Below are positions 10,278 to 21,720 of a stretch of 64,000 nucleotides of DNA, in pieces. Positions within the stretch are counted from its first letter, which is position 1. Each line of letters begins with the position of its first letter. Below the pieces are notes generated by a model. The model did not search any database. It was not told where the DNA came from and saw nothing but the letters and a program-made list of their open reading frames with translations. The stretch comes from the human T2T-CHM13v2.0 reference genome, Homo sapiens. Where the stretch lies: the NCBI RefSeq assembly GCF_009914755.1, contig NC_060944.1; one strand, given 5' to 3'. Both the position numbers and the translations under genes were made by a program.

Positions 10278-11357
10278 CAAACATGTTTTCTGAAGTGACT
10301 GGGCTGTGTAGACAAATCCGTCTGTGGCAGCGACATGCTGCTGTGATGAAGCTCATCATTAGCTGTCACAGGAAGCAGCAAATTATCTCCAGTCGGCTCT
10401 TCTCAGACTGAAGCATCTCAGGAACTAATGTCGTTATTATCAAGCCTTGCAATTTCCAGAGAAGACAAGAACCTATTCATGCACGACGCTGTTAGAATTT
10501 TCCAACTGGTTACAGAAAATGAAACCGTGGGCTGGACCCACCATTTCCTGCCTTCACTTGCGGAGTAAGAGGCTCAGGAGCCACTGGCGAGAGACCCCCG
10601 GGGGGCATCTGGAGGGCCCCGCTGGCCACCTGGGTTCCAGTGCCCACGCTCACGATGTCTAGCTGCAGGTGACAAAATCCAAGTCAAACCAGCTTGAGGA
10701 AAGGCAGGGCCCAGGGCAGGACTCAGGGGCTAGAGCAACACCCCCAGACCTCTGTGCCTCTTCCATCCCCAGCTCTGCCCACGGCCACCAGGAACCCACT
10801 TGGCAACCGGTGAGTGGGGCCGCCCTTCCCAGCAAGCCCAGCGAAAGGGCTCTGGGTTCCACACTGGCTGATGCCCCCATCCCAAGACCCACCCCTGGGG
10901 CCTCGGGAATGGGGCCTCTGGTTGCTGGGGGGGGGGCAGCCCATCCCCCAGACCATGAGGGATGGGCTCTCTGTGACCCCGCAGAAGGTGCGGGGCTGGG
11001 GCGGGGCCGCCATGAGTCTGGGAAGCTAAACCACCACAAGGCCCCTCCTATGCCTGGGTGCCAGCTGCCCACTGCAGAGCAGGGCTGCCTGACCGGCTGT
11101 GACGGCCAACAAAGAGGCACCAGATTCCCCTCCAGAGGACATGCTTGTGAAACAGAAGTGGCATTTGGAAAGGATTACAGAGCCAGACTCTGGGATGTGA
11201 GGGCTGCTCAGGATGTGGACAGCAAGATTCTTCATTTGGCGATATCCGGCAGCCTCAGCCCTTTTCAAAAGAAAAATAAAATAACAGGCCAACAGGTCTT
11301 CTCTCTTAGCCATCAAACCCATTACATATGGGCATATATTTAATATATCATGTATGA

Positions 11358-11360
<3 letters not shown>

Positions 11361-11406
<46 letters not shown>
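11361..11406. repeat. (GT)23 microsatellite
   Basis: Perfect GT run. Confidence 0.97.
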
Positions 11407-11410
<4 letters not shown>

Positions 11411-12644
11411 GAAGAGGGAGGGAGGGAGGCCGGGCAGGCAGGAACAGGGTGGGTATCAACAGGGGCAATGCGTGTAACAGGATTCAGAGCAATGCAGGCA
11501 TGCGGCATGCACCAGACTCCAGCCCCATGCCCATGTGTGCGTGCACAGGCCGAGCATGTGTCATTTATGAACATGAGAGAGAAGGTGTGATTTCGGCAGG
11601 TCCTGTGGGTTTGCAGGGCGGGTCTGTATTCTAACTGCTCATTTCTACCAGAACACGTTTTCCTTAATTTAATGCTCCTTTTTTCCCTCCAATGATATTT
11701 TTAAAAACCAGATTGCAGAGCCTTGCTGGTTGCTAAAAGAGATTCCAACCAGCCGGTGCCCTCCTGTGCCAACGTTTTTGGGTCCCTGCAGAAGCGCATG
11801 GCCGGAGGCACAGGAATCCCGCAGGCCCCGCCCCAGGCTTCCCAGGACTGTGACCAAAAGGGGGTCCACACTGTCCCTAGTCCTGGAGGAGCCACCCCCC
11901 AGGTACCCTCAGGGACGCCCGTGAGCAGGGGCGAGAGCCACTCGGGCTGACACCTGCTGCATGTGGAGCCCCTGGAGAAGGTGGCGGCTTCCTCCATACC
12001 CTGTGGCTGGTGACAGTGAGAATAAGTTCCCGTTGTCTTAAACCACGCAGTCCACCAACAGCAGTCGCAGGGGAAGCCGCTGCTATGCCCACTCTGGCCG
12101 AATGCCAGCCTGTGCTGCCCGAGACACCCCTCCCATCGGCCTGAATATGTGGAACATGTCTGCGTCTGGCCCCCCCTTGGCCAAGAGTCCCTTAAAATCT
12201 GTGGGCTCTTCTATCTCCTCATCTCATTGTTCCCTGAAGGACTGGGGGTGTTTCTGCCAGTGAATGCCTCCTGGCAGGCTCCCCAGGAGCCACCGTCTCA
12301 GCTCCGGTTCCCCAGAAGCAGCCCCTCGGGTAAGTGTCCCCATGGCCGAGATGAAGTCCCAGGGTTAAGTGCCGGATGCAGCCACGCCTCAGCCAGGCCC
12401 CCAGGGAGCAAGGTGCAGCTCAGAAGCTGTCCCACCTCCAGGGACCGGGTGGTCCTGCAGCACGCTCTGCCCCGGGGGTGCAGCACCTGGCTGATCTCCA
12501 CTGTGCTCTGGGTTGAGCAAGGCAGCTCTCAGGACAGTCCCCGAAGGTCCTGGCTGGAGCTAGGCTCAAGATGTCCCTGCCCCAGTCCTTGATCCTGTAA
12601 AGTGCAAGTTTGATCAAGGTACAGACCTCAAGGTGGGAAGGTCT

Positions 12645-13580
12645 GAGAAGATATGGGAAAAAAACAAATTGTTCTTCCTACCCTCACAGCACTCCCAACC
12701 CGGAGAGTGGTGATTTTTTCCCAACACCAAGCAGTTCTCCAGCAGATGCCAGCTGGTGTCCTTCAATTCAGTTCTGACACTGTCCACCTAGAGATGGCGT
12801 CAGACCCCATAGAGTGAGGGCTGAGTCCCACAGGGCTGCCCCCACTTCCAAAGTCAACTGCAAGCCTCAGGGGCTTCTGTCCACACAGCTATAAACCAGG
12901 TCCCGTGAGCCCCTCCCCAGGCTGGAGTGATTTGCTGCAGCAGCACCCAGGACGTAGGGACACAGGCTCACCGGTTTATTATGAAGGACATTGCAGGGGA
13001 CACAGATGACCAGCAGGTGGATACCTGGGGGAGGTCCGGGAGGCCCCGGGTGCAGGAGCCTCTGTCCCTCTGCAGTGGGGGCCGCCCTCCTGGCAGGCAG
13101 ACGTGTCCTCCAACCCCAAAGCTCATCTGCACTGAGTCCTTCTTGGGACTCATGGAGGCTTCAACACACAGGCATGATCGACTACGTCATTGACCATCGG
13201 TGATCAACTCAACCTTCAACCCCTTTTTCTTTCCCGAAGATCAGAGGTTGGGGCAGAACCTTCTAATCATGTGGTTGGTTCCTGTGGCCACCAGCCCCCA
13301 TCCTGAAGCTGTCCAGGAGCCCCCCAGAGCCACCACATCAGCTCGAAAAATGCTCCTATCACCCCAGAAATTCCAAGGGATTGAGAAGCCCTGGGTGGAC
13401 GCAGCTATTCCTCGGGAAATCGCAAAGGCTATAGGAGTTCATTGTTAGGAACTGGGGCCAAAGACCAAGTATCAGAACAAAAGATTCTCCTAGCACCCCT
13501 ATTGGTCAAGAAACTACAAGGGCTATCGTCGCTCTATGTCAGAGACCATTTAAATGCGTATTTATTCTTATATCACAACA
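12645..13580 (-). mobile_element. MER21B/C-type ERVL solo LTR
   Basis: Reverse complement shows the duplicated MER21 5' block (TTTGGTC..CCCC.GTTCC, GATAGG.G, ATCTTTTGTTCT), GGATGGGGGCTGGT, ATGATTAGAAG and GTCAGAACTGAATTGAAG. Confidence 0.8.
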
Positions 13581-13812
13581 TGGCAGAAGCTGATCCTGGA
13601 TGATCTGGGTGGGCCAATTCGATCACAAGTCCTCCACAGCAGAGAAGCGCCTCTGCCTGGCATCAGATGCAGTGGCGAAGTGTGGTGCTGGCACCAAGCC
13701 TCAGGGCCGGGAGGGACGGGGCATTCCCACAGAAATCAACAGTAGGATCCAGTCCTGAGCTTCTCAAGCGGGGCGTTATTCACACCACGCCCCTGATGCG
13801 TCCGTCTGCCGT

Positions 13813-13839
13813 CTGCACCTGCACCTGCACCTGCACCTG
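13813..13839. repeat. (CTGCAC)4 hexamer repeat giving four tandem CACCTG E-boxes
   Basis: TGCACCTGCACCTGCACCTGCACCTG. Confidence 0.85.
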
Positions 13840-14894
13840 CTCTGCGTCCTGGGTGAGCTCCAGGCTGAGGCACCTTGGGTGGGCTTTCTGGCTGTCCTGC
13901 AGGCTCACTCTGGATTTGAGCAGGAACCTGTGGGCAACGTGGACCGTGCTCTCTTCCTGCTGTGAAGCTGCGGGCATTCCAGGGCCTCCTTGAGCAACGG
14001 CAAAATCAAAGAAATAAGGACATGGCCTCTCAAGGCGTTTCCTTTGATAGAAAATGTCCGTTTTCCATGCTGAATTTCTGGAAGCTTTTGGTTAAGCTGC
14101 AGATTCACTTTCCCAGAGGCACACATGTGCCTATCACCTTGTAAGTCCATCCCACACACGTTTACCAGACCACCCTATTGCCTCGTTAATCTTCCCTCGT
14201 CCACCTGGCAAGGCAGCCAGCATGGTCTTCACCATATCATATTCCAGGCACTGAGACTTGGAGGGGCCACGTTCCCTGCCCAAGGCCCTGGTCAGAAGGG
14301 CCTTGAATCCCTGGGTCAAACCCCCACCTCTCTGCACCAGCTGTGAGGCGGGGACAGCGTCCTCCAGGGCCCCCAGGAGGCTCCGGATGGGCAGCATTTA
14401 CTCCCATCAAGGCTTGTCCAGAGCGGGAGGGCCGCAGTCTATCCTGCGGCTGGGCGAGGAGAGGGTGGCTTGGGAGGTCCGCATTCGGAAAGCAATTCTA
14501 AGGGAGATGGCCACTCTCAGTTGTCATTGCATTCTCTAGACACACACACGCAGCAACACACACACACACAAACGGGGCCACGTGCAGATGCAGCAACGTC
14601 TACGTGGGGCAACACAAAGAGGACAACAGGAACACTTGGGAACACACAAGTACACAAATGAGGCAATGTGCAAATGGAGCAACACGCACACTTATAAATA
14701 CGGTAATTCCCAACATTTGGCAACATGTCGTTGCAGCAACGCACACTGGCCTGTGCTTACGGCAGGCCTCCACCCGCCTGTCTGTCAAAAGACTACACAT
14801 TGGAACATGTCATCTAACAATGCTGCAGCATCTCACCCGGCAATCGTTTGAGGGGAAGCGCTGGCTTCCAGCGCCTCTTACATGGATGGTGCAG

Positions 14895-15090
14895 GTGAGG
14901 CTGTAGAGTGCGCCTGTGTAGTGGGGCTGTGCAGTGGGGCTGAGGAGTGCACCCGTGCAGTGTGCCTGTGGAGTGAGGCTGTGGAGTGCACTCATGCAAT
15001 GGGGCTGTGGAGTGCGCCCAGGCAGTGGGGCTGTGCAGCGAGGCTGTGGAGTGCACCCGTGCAGTGGGGCTGTGCAGTGGGGCTGTGGAG
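14895..15090. repeat. Degenerate GTGGGGCTGTGGAGTGCA-type tandem repeat
   Basis: GTG(G/A)GGCTG(T)G recurs about 10 times and resumes after the THE1 LTR. Confidence 0.8.
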
Positions 15091-15455
15091 TGACATGGTT
15101 AGGTTTTGTGTCCCCACCCAAATCTTATCTTGAATTACAATCCCCACAATCCCCATGTGCCAAGTGAGAGACCAGGTGGAGGTGACTGGATCCTGGGGGC
15201 GGTCACCCCCATGCTGTTCTCATGATTTTCTCACAAGATCTGGTGGTTTGATAAGGAACTCTTCCCCCTTCATTCAGCACGTCTCCTTGCTGCGGCCTTG
15301 TGAGGCACGTCCTCGCGTCCATTCGCCTTCCGCCACGATTGTAAATTACCTGAGGCCCCCCAGTCATGCGGAACCGTGTCTATTAAACCACTTTTCCTTA
15401 CCCATTATCCAGCCTCAGGCAGGTGTTTGTGGCAGTGTGAAAACAGACGAATACA
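15091..15455 (+). mobile_element. THE1 (THE1D-like) MaLR solo LTR
   Basis: TGACATGGTTAGGTTTTGTGTCCCCACCCAAATCTTATCTTGAATT ... GCAGTGTGAAAACAGACGAATACA; about 365 bp. Confidence 0.9.
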
Positions 15456-15507
15456 TGCGGTGAGGCTGTGCGGTACAGCTGTAGAGTGAGGATGTGGAGT
15501 GAGTGCG

Positions 15508-15652
15508 GAGTGGGTGTGGGGTGTGGGGTGGGGTGTGGGGTGGGGTGTGGGGTGGGGTGTGGAGTGGGTGTGGGGTGGGGGGTGGGGTGGGGGGTGGGGT
15601 GGGGTGTGGGTGGGGTGTGGGGTGGGGTGTGGGGTGGGGTGTGGAGTGGGGC
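15508..15652 (+). repeat. (GGGGT/GGGGTGT)n G-rich simple repeat
   Basis: More than 20 consecutive G3-G6 tracts with 1-3 nt loops. Confidence 0.95.
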
Positions 15653-15859
15653 CGTGGACTGCAGCTGTGCTATGCACAGCTATGCAGTGAGGCTTCTGGA
15701 ATTGGTTGTGGTGCTCAAGTTTTTAACTGGCCTGCGTGTACTTTAATGTCCAAACATGACCTGCCCTTTCTGGGGTTTGCCTTAAGTGTCACTGAGGGGA
15801 AGAGAAACTGACCGATGGTGCAGCGAACGGTTCTCCTTTCCCTGAGAAAGTCCTGGCCA

Positions 15860-16330
15860 CTTCTCTCCTCACGGGAGGCGGCCTCTGAGCCCTGGCCTGT
15901 CCTGCCTGATAAGACAGTCCTGGTTACCTGTGGACCTTGGGCCAGGCTGGATGGTCTGTGCTATTGATGGGATTTGTGGTGGGCATTTTGGGCCACATGG
16001 TGTCAGCTGCACCTCTGGAGGGATCAGAGACCAAGCTGCCACACGTGGTCGCTTGGCAGAGCCCGTGGGACTGAGCCCCAGCAAAGCCCTGAACCCCAAG
16101 GCAGGCCATCGGCTCGGGGAGAAGCAAGTGCTGTCAGGCCGCCCAGTGGGGAGAGCAGCAGCCCATGCCTGGACCCTCCTGGACTCTGCCAGTTCCCTTC
16201 ACCGATTCTAGCCGGTGCCCCTTCGCTCTAATGAACGTCAACTGTGAGCACAGCAGGTCTGTGGCACTGCGTGAGCCTTCTGGAGAATCGCGGAGTCTAA
16301 GGGTGGTTTGGGGACACCAGAGCTGCAGGG
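15860..16330 (+). mobile_element. ERVL LTR (MER68/MER77/MER21C-like), diverged
   Basis: CCTGCCTGATAAG, GTCAGCT..ACCTCTGGAGGG, and 3' GTGAGCCTTCTGG.GAATCG...AGGGTGGT.TGGGGAC resemble the recalled family. Confidence 0.55.
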
Positions 16331-17509
16331 GGTAAGGCAGTGATTGAAGGAAAAATAGAACTCGTCTGATTTGTTCCCCTAGGGATTCAGGCTATTTAAT
16401 GAGCCAAATAGTCATAAACCATGTTTGGGGACTGTACAGATAATAGTCTTCTAGTGACTGGCAAAGCCTGCTGCCTGCAGTGCCGGGTGTGGAGGCTTTT
16501 GGTCCCTGGTCCTACCACAATGGGCTCTTTATTCCAATAGCTTCTTTCCTCACCCGGCAAAGGGGCTGGGCTGCTGCGGGATGAATGCCTGGCCAGTGGT
16601 GGGGACATGTCTTACAGGCAGCACAGAACACACCTGAGAGGATAAAAGCTCATGTGGTCTCAGCACCTGCCGATGGAGTCGGGGGGTGAGAGAGAATAAG
16701 AACACCCGAAAAAATCAGGGAGCTAGGGACAGGGACTGGTGTCTAGAACAAGGAGGAGCAATCTCTCATTCCCTATCTAGAAAGCACAGTGGGAGTAGGT
16801 GCTCGGGGCCCAGCACCTGTGTATGCTATTTTTAGAAAAGTTTTACATTCAATTATCCACGTCAAGCTCAACATAATTCATTATCTGAAAAGAAAATGAG
16901 CAACAGTTAAGCATCCCGGCCCGTGGTCTGGGCTTCTTCTCCCAGAGAAGTCCTCTGAGACCAGGCTAAGCTGGTGGGGGTTGAAAGAGCAGGTTCTGAA
17001 GACTTAGAAGTGCGGGGGTTGGGGGGTGATTGAGTGGAGAGGGAGAGCTGGGCCCAGCCTTCGGGGAGCACGGGGTCCAACCGGCAAGGCGCTGGGTACA
17101 ACACTGGGTACAGCGAAGGGCTCCTTCCTGGTCCCGCAGCCTGAGGAGAGGCGCCTGGTGACTTTATATGGGGAGGGGGAGCAGCCACGGAGGGGCCCCG
17201 AGGGGAGACCCCACACTCTGTCCTTCAGAGGCCTGCCCGAGAGGCTGACCTCTCTCCTGGGCTTGGCTGCTCTGCTCTGTCGGGCCCTGGATCGGATGCC
17301 CGTGCCCTGGTCTTCTGCCCACTGGACTGTTTCCCCTGACAGGAGAGCAGGGTATCAGGGCCTGCCCTCCAGGTATCCTCATCCCCTAGGAGGTGAATAA
17401 ATGATGGAGGTGTCCCCTAAATTCACAGATGACTATCCCAGGACATCGGGGCACATGGCAAAAACCCAAGTCAAACAGCTCAAGAGAATAAAGGTTCCAT
17501 GGGACTGAA

Positions 17510-17762
17510 AGTCCAGGGGGCAGCAGGGGCTGGCCAGGGCCTCAAATGGTGTCCTCAGGAAGTCCAGGGGACAGCAGGGCTGGCCAGGGCCTCAAATGGT
17601 GTCCTCAGGAAGCCCAGGGGGCAGCAGGGCTGGCCAGGGCCTCAAATGGTGTCCTCAGGAAGTCCAGGGGACAGCAGGTGCTGTCCAGGGCCTCACATGG
17701 TGTCCTCAGGAAGTCCAGGGGGCAGCAGGGGCTGGCCAGGGCCTCAAATGGTGTCCTCAGGA
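17510..17762. repeat. ~50-bp VNTR x5 (AGTCCAGGGGRCAGCAGGGCTGGCCAGGGCCTCAAATGGTGTCCTCAGGA)
   Basis: ATGGTGTCCTCAGGAA occurs five times. Confidence 0.95.
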
Positions 17763-17865
17763 ACCTGCAGGCTCCATTTGACTCCAGGAATGGGCCCAGG
17801 AGGGTGGGGGTCCCAGGAGGGCAGGAGTCCCGGGAAGGCTTGGGGTCCAGATCCAGAGAGGGCTC

Positions 17866-18224
17866 TGTAATCAAATGCAGCCTGTGGCTCCTCCAAGGTC
17901 CTGCACTGGAATCGCAGCCCCCCCAGGCAAAGATGTGAGAGGTGGGGCCTTTGGGAGGGGATTTGGTGGTGAAGGTGGGGCCCTCATGAATGGGATTAGT
18001 GCCCTTACACAAGAGTCCCCAAGGAGCTCCCTCACCCCTCCCACCGCAGGAGGACGCGGCAAGAAAGCGCCCTCCGTGAGCCAGGAAGCAGGCCCTCCAC
18101 AGACCCTGAACCTTCCCTTGATCTTGGCCTTGCAACTCCCAGGCTGTGAGAAGGGATTTCTGTTGTTCAGGAGCTCCGCCCAGCCTCTGGTGTTGTGTGT
18201 CAGCACCCCGAGTGGACCGGGACA
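17866..18224 (+). mobile_element. MLT1A/A0-type MaLR solo LTR with 5-bp TSD GGCTC
   Basis: TG...CA termini and internal GAGGTGGGGCCTTTGGGAGG and CCCTCATGAATGGGATTAGTGCCCTTA. GGCTC at 17861-17865 and 18225-18229. Confidence 0.85.
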
Positions 18225-18364
18225 GGCTCCCAAGTGGACTGAGACAGGCTCCCGAGTGGACCGGGACAGGCTCCCGAGTGGACTGGAGACAGGCTCCCAA
18301 GTGGACCGGGAAAGGCTCCCGAGTGGACCGGGACAGGCTCCCGAGTGGACCGGGACAGGCTCCC
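18207..18364. repeat. 22-bp minisatellite x7 (CCGAGTGGACCGGGACAGGCTC)
   Basis: AGTGGA at 18211, 18233, 18255, 18277, 18300, 18322, 18344. Confidence 0.95.
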
Positions 18365-20537
18365 TCTCTCTTGCTGCTGGGATGTCTCCCCGGGAGCTTG
18401 CGTCTCTCGCCACCCTCACCTCCCAGCCAGAGGGAAGCCAGGAAGCCAGGGAGATGCGGCCTGACCGGCAAGGGTGCCCTCTCTCCACACCCCCGGCCAG
18501 AACTTACTCTGTGGCATGTCTAGCTGCAGGGGAAGTGGGAGATGGAGCCCTTAGCTGAGACTTGGGGTGAAAGGGAGGGAGGATCCACAGGCGGCTGTGG
18601 ACCGGCCCTGGCTGTGTCCGTGGCTCACGGGAGCCCAGACTTGCTGTGTGGACTGGGCTTGGGGTCCCCAGGCTGGCCAGGCCCATGCTGGCACCTCTGT
18701 GGACCCTCTGCTCTCTCTGAGGATCATGGAGGGAGTGGGCCACCCTCGGTGAGCCGGGCACCTGCCCTCAGCCCCTCTTGCCCCCGGAGTTCCTTGCCCC
18801 TTGGCATGGCCTCACGTTGTTAAAGAAAGCGTCTCAAACGGGCCTTTGCAGCTCCAAGGCAAGAATGACAAAGGAGGAACGGTTTCAAGGTTTTGCTTCT
18901 GGAACTCCCAGGAAGCAACTACAAAATGGAAGACATTTTTCCTATTTCAATATTTCTAAGCAGGGAGGACTCCTGACTGCAGATAAAGGCATACGCTTTG
19001 GATCTCTGGAGACGCAGAAATCATGTTTATGCAAACTCCATCCTTAGCACAAGGAGGAAAGAAGCCTAGAAGACAGGGAAGAGATGCCCGCGCCACGGCG
19101 CCCAGTCCTACCTTTCCCAGAGGGCAGCCTGGTGGAGCCACGTGGAAGGAAGGGCGGGCATGACAAGACCCTCAGCTTCCTGCTCCAACTCCAACCCTGC
19201 CTCACGCGTCTCCTCATCCCCTCCAGGCTCGGGGGCCGGGCTGCTGAGCCTTCAAGAGAATGCAAGAGCCACCCGTCCCTTCTCTCGTGACAATAAATGG
19301 GAGACTAATATTAGCCAAATGCAACCCTTTTAGCTTTACATCGCCTGGTATGCTCACAAGCACGCCTGGAAAGTTCATCACAAATTGGTGCATTCATAAG
19401 AGCCATAAGCCCGCAGCTTCTGGGTGAGAGCAGACAAAATGCTACTTCTTTTTTGCAGATGGAACAGATGGGCTGGCTTGGCCCTCTGCATTGCGTGTGT
19501 TGCCTGTATGTTGTCTTTTCCCAAAAGCAAATTGCAAAAAGAAAATGGCTTTCTGCTGGGGGCCCAGCAATTAGGAACCCTCCTTCCAGCAGAAGGAGGC
19601 AGAGAGGAGGGTATAGGTGGGGCCAGGGAGGGCAATGAGAAGAAAAGGGAATGGGCTTAGGGGGCTGGGGGCTGCTATTCATCAGTTTCAAACCTTCTGG
19701 TCCAGAGAAATCGGTGGGAACATCACAGGAAATTCTAAGGGACACGCTCTGTGTCCATCGGCCTGAGGTGCGTGTCATAGCAAGCCCTTCCCAGGAATAA
19801 TTTCTAGGAAACTGGGCTGCATTGAAACATGTCTTGGAAATGGATCTTCTTTCCTCAGAAGATGATCTACCTCATTCCCTGTTTCCTCCAAAACATCAGC
19901 TTTCTTTGTGTGTCTCTTGGCTGATTTCTTTAAAGTTGCTGATGGGTTTCACGATCCAAGGTGACTCCAGGCCTTCTCTGCTTCACCCTTCCACACAGTT
20001 CTCCTCAGCAGGCCTGGAAAGGCGCACGGCGAGATTGCTGGGTGGACAGGAGTCAGGCCTGTGCTTCTGCGAGGAGTCAAGTCAGAGCTGTGGCAACGAG
20101 TGCCCCTCCTTCCTCTCCCCCCACCACCCCATGCCTGCTGTCTCAGGCAGGGTCCCAGAGCCACCAGCCCTGACCCGGGACGCAGGTTGAATGAGCAGCA
20201 TCTTCCACCAGCTCCAGGAATAAAACTCCATGTCACAGGCACAGAGGTCCAGGAGGGAGCCGCGTCCCTAACCCCGCTGTCTTCTGGCCTCTGGCCACAC
20301 ACTGGCCCAACCCCCTCCTGCCTGCCACCCTTCCTGCTCACACACCACATTCCAGGACTCAGTGAACATGTCCTCCTTGGACAAGTCTTCCCAAACTGCC
20401 CCACCTCTGCCAGTTCCCCCAGACATCCAGTGCCCTCCTCGTGAACGTGCTTGCTGTAGCAGCCCTGCCTGTCACCTGGCACGGAGGCACCCAGTGGGCT
20501 GGGCAGGCAGGAGTCCCAAGAGCCAGCAAGGCGCCAG

Positions 20538-20646
20538 CAGGGACGTCAGGGTGCAGGGCAGGGACGTCGGGGTGCAGGGCAGGGACGTCAGGGTGCAGGG
20601 CACTACAGTGCAGGATGCCAGGGTGCAGGGAGCCGGGATGCAGGGC
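20538..20646. repeat. 21-bp tandem repeat x3 plus decayed copies (CAGGGACGTCAGGGTGCAGGG)
   Basis: Direct periodicity visible in the sequence. Confidence 0.85.
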
Positions 20647-21005
20647 GCCAGTCCTTGCCCCTGTTCACAGTCCAGCAAGCTGGGGAGGGACGTGGAGCTT
20701 CGTGGGCAAGGTTTCTCCCTAACTGTGCCTCCCGCTGCTCCACATGGAGAGCCGCTCTCCGGGCCCGGTCTCCTGGACACCCACCTCCAGGTGCAGAGCA
20801 CCTGCAGCCACCTGGACTGTGGCCTCTGCATGCTCTGTCCTCATCCCGGGCTGGCCTGTCCTAAGAGGCCCCGTCTGTCCTTACTCCCCGAAGCACAGCT
20901 TGAGACACCAGAGCTGGACAGGAGGGGAGTGGTCTCCGAGCCGTGTGGAGCCGGGCTCTAGTCCTGAGCGCCTTCTGCTTGGAGGTGAAGGCCAGGACGG
21001 GTGCA

Positions 21006-21147
21006 GCCAGGGTGGGCAGAGGGAGCCTGGGGGACCCTGGGCCCTTCATGCTGTCTTGGAGGGGAGAGGTCTGGTGCCAGGGTGGGCAGAGGGAGCCTGG
21101 GGGACCCTGGGCCCTTCGTGCTGTCTTGGAGGGGAGAGGTCTGGTGC
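21006..21147. repeat. 70-bp tandem duplication
   Basis: GCCAGGGTGGGCAGAGGGAGCCTGGGGGACCC...GGTCTGGT occurs twice with one mismatch. Confidence 0.92.
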
Positions 21148-21289
21148 ACGGCAGGGACTGGGCCCCAGCAGCCTCTTCCCACCTCCCCAGCCCACTTCAG
21201 CCATCCTTCATTCACTCACCATTCAGCCAGGCTCTCTGGACACGGCCAGTGTGGGATGCTCACAGCTGGCCTGCTGTGAGGACAGCACT

Positions 21290-21548
21290 GTGGCTCCCTG
21301 TGTGTCCAATGTGCCAGACCCTCTCAGGCTGCCATCACTCTGGTTCTCCTTCTGCCTCTCTCTTCCACATTTAAGGAACTTTGTGACTCCTCTGGGCCCA
21401 GGACAGCCCAGCACAGCCTCCCCATTTCATGGCTGATGAGCTGCCTTAATTGCCTGCCCCCTAATCCCCTTTGGCAGGCACCCCAACAAATTCACAGGTT
21501 CTGGGGAGTCTGGCATGAACATCCTTGGGGTCCTTACTCTGCCCACCA
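21290..21548 (-). mobile_element. MLT1 (C/D-like) LTR fragment
   Basis: CTCTTCCACATTTAAGGA..TTGTGA, ATTCACAGGTTCTGGGGA and ACTCTGCCCACCA. Confidence 0.65.
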
Positions 21549-21574
21549 TGTGGGCTGCCCCATCTCATCCACAC

Positions 21575-21720
21575 CCATGAATGTGAGGCACAATTAACAT
21601 CCCCGTACTTCAGATGAGGAAACTGAAGCTCAGGGTCACCTAAGGTCGCTCACTTTGGAGGTGGCAGAGCCAAGATTTGAAGCCCCTGGGTCGGACTGCA
21701 GATCCCGAGCCCTCTGCCTG
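21575..21720 (-). mobile_element. MIR
   Basis: CAGATGAGGAAACTGAAGCTCAG ... GGCAGAGCCAAGATTTGAA. Confidence 0.8.

Noticed and set aside
17510-17762. CTCF array in the 50-bp VNTR (CCAGGGGGCAGCA)
   Set aside because: The 5' CC of the core motif is missing and two of the five units have GGGGAC.
17499-18558. Several 120-290 aa ORFs
   Set aside because: They derive from two VNTRs and an MLT1 LTR.
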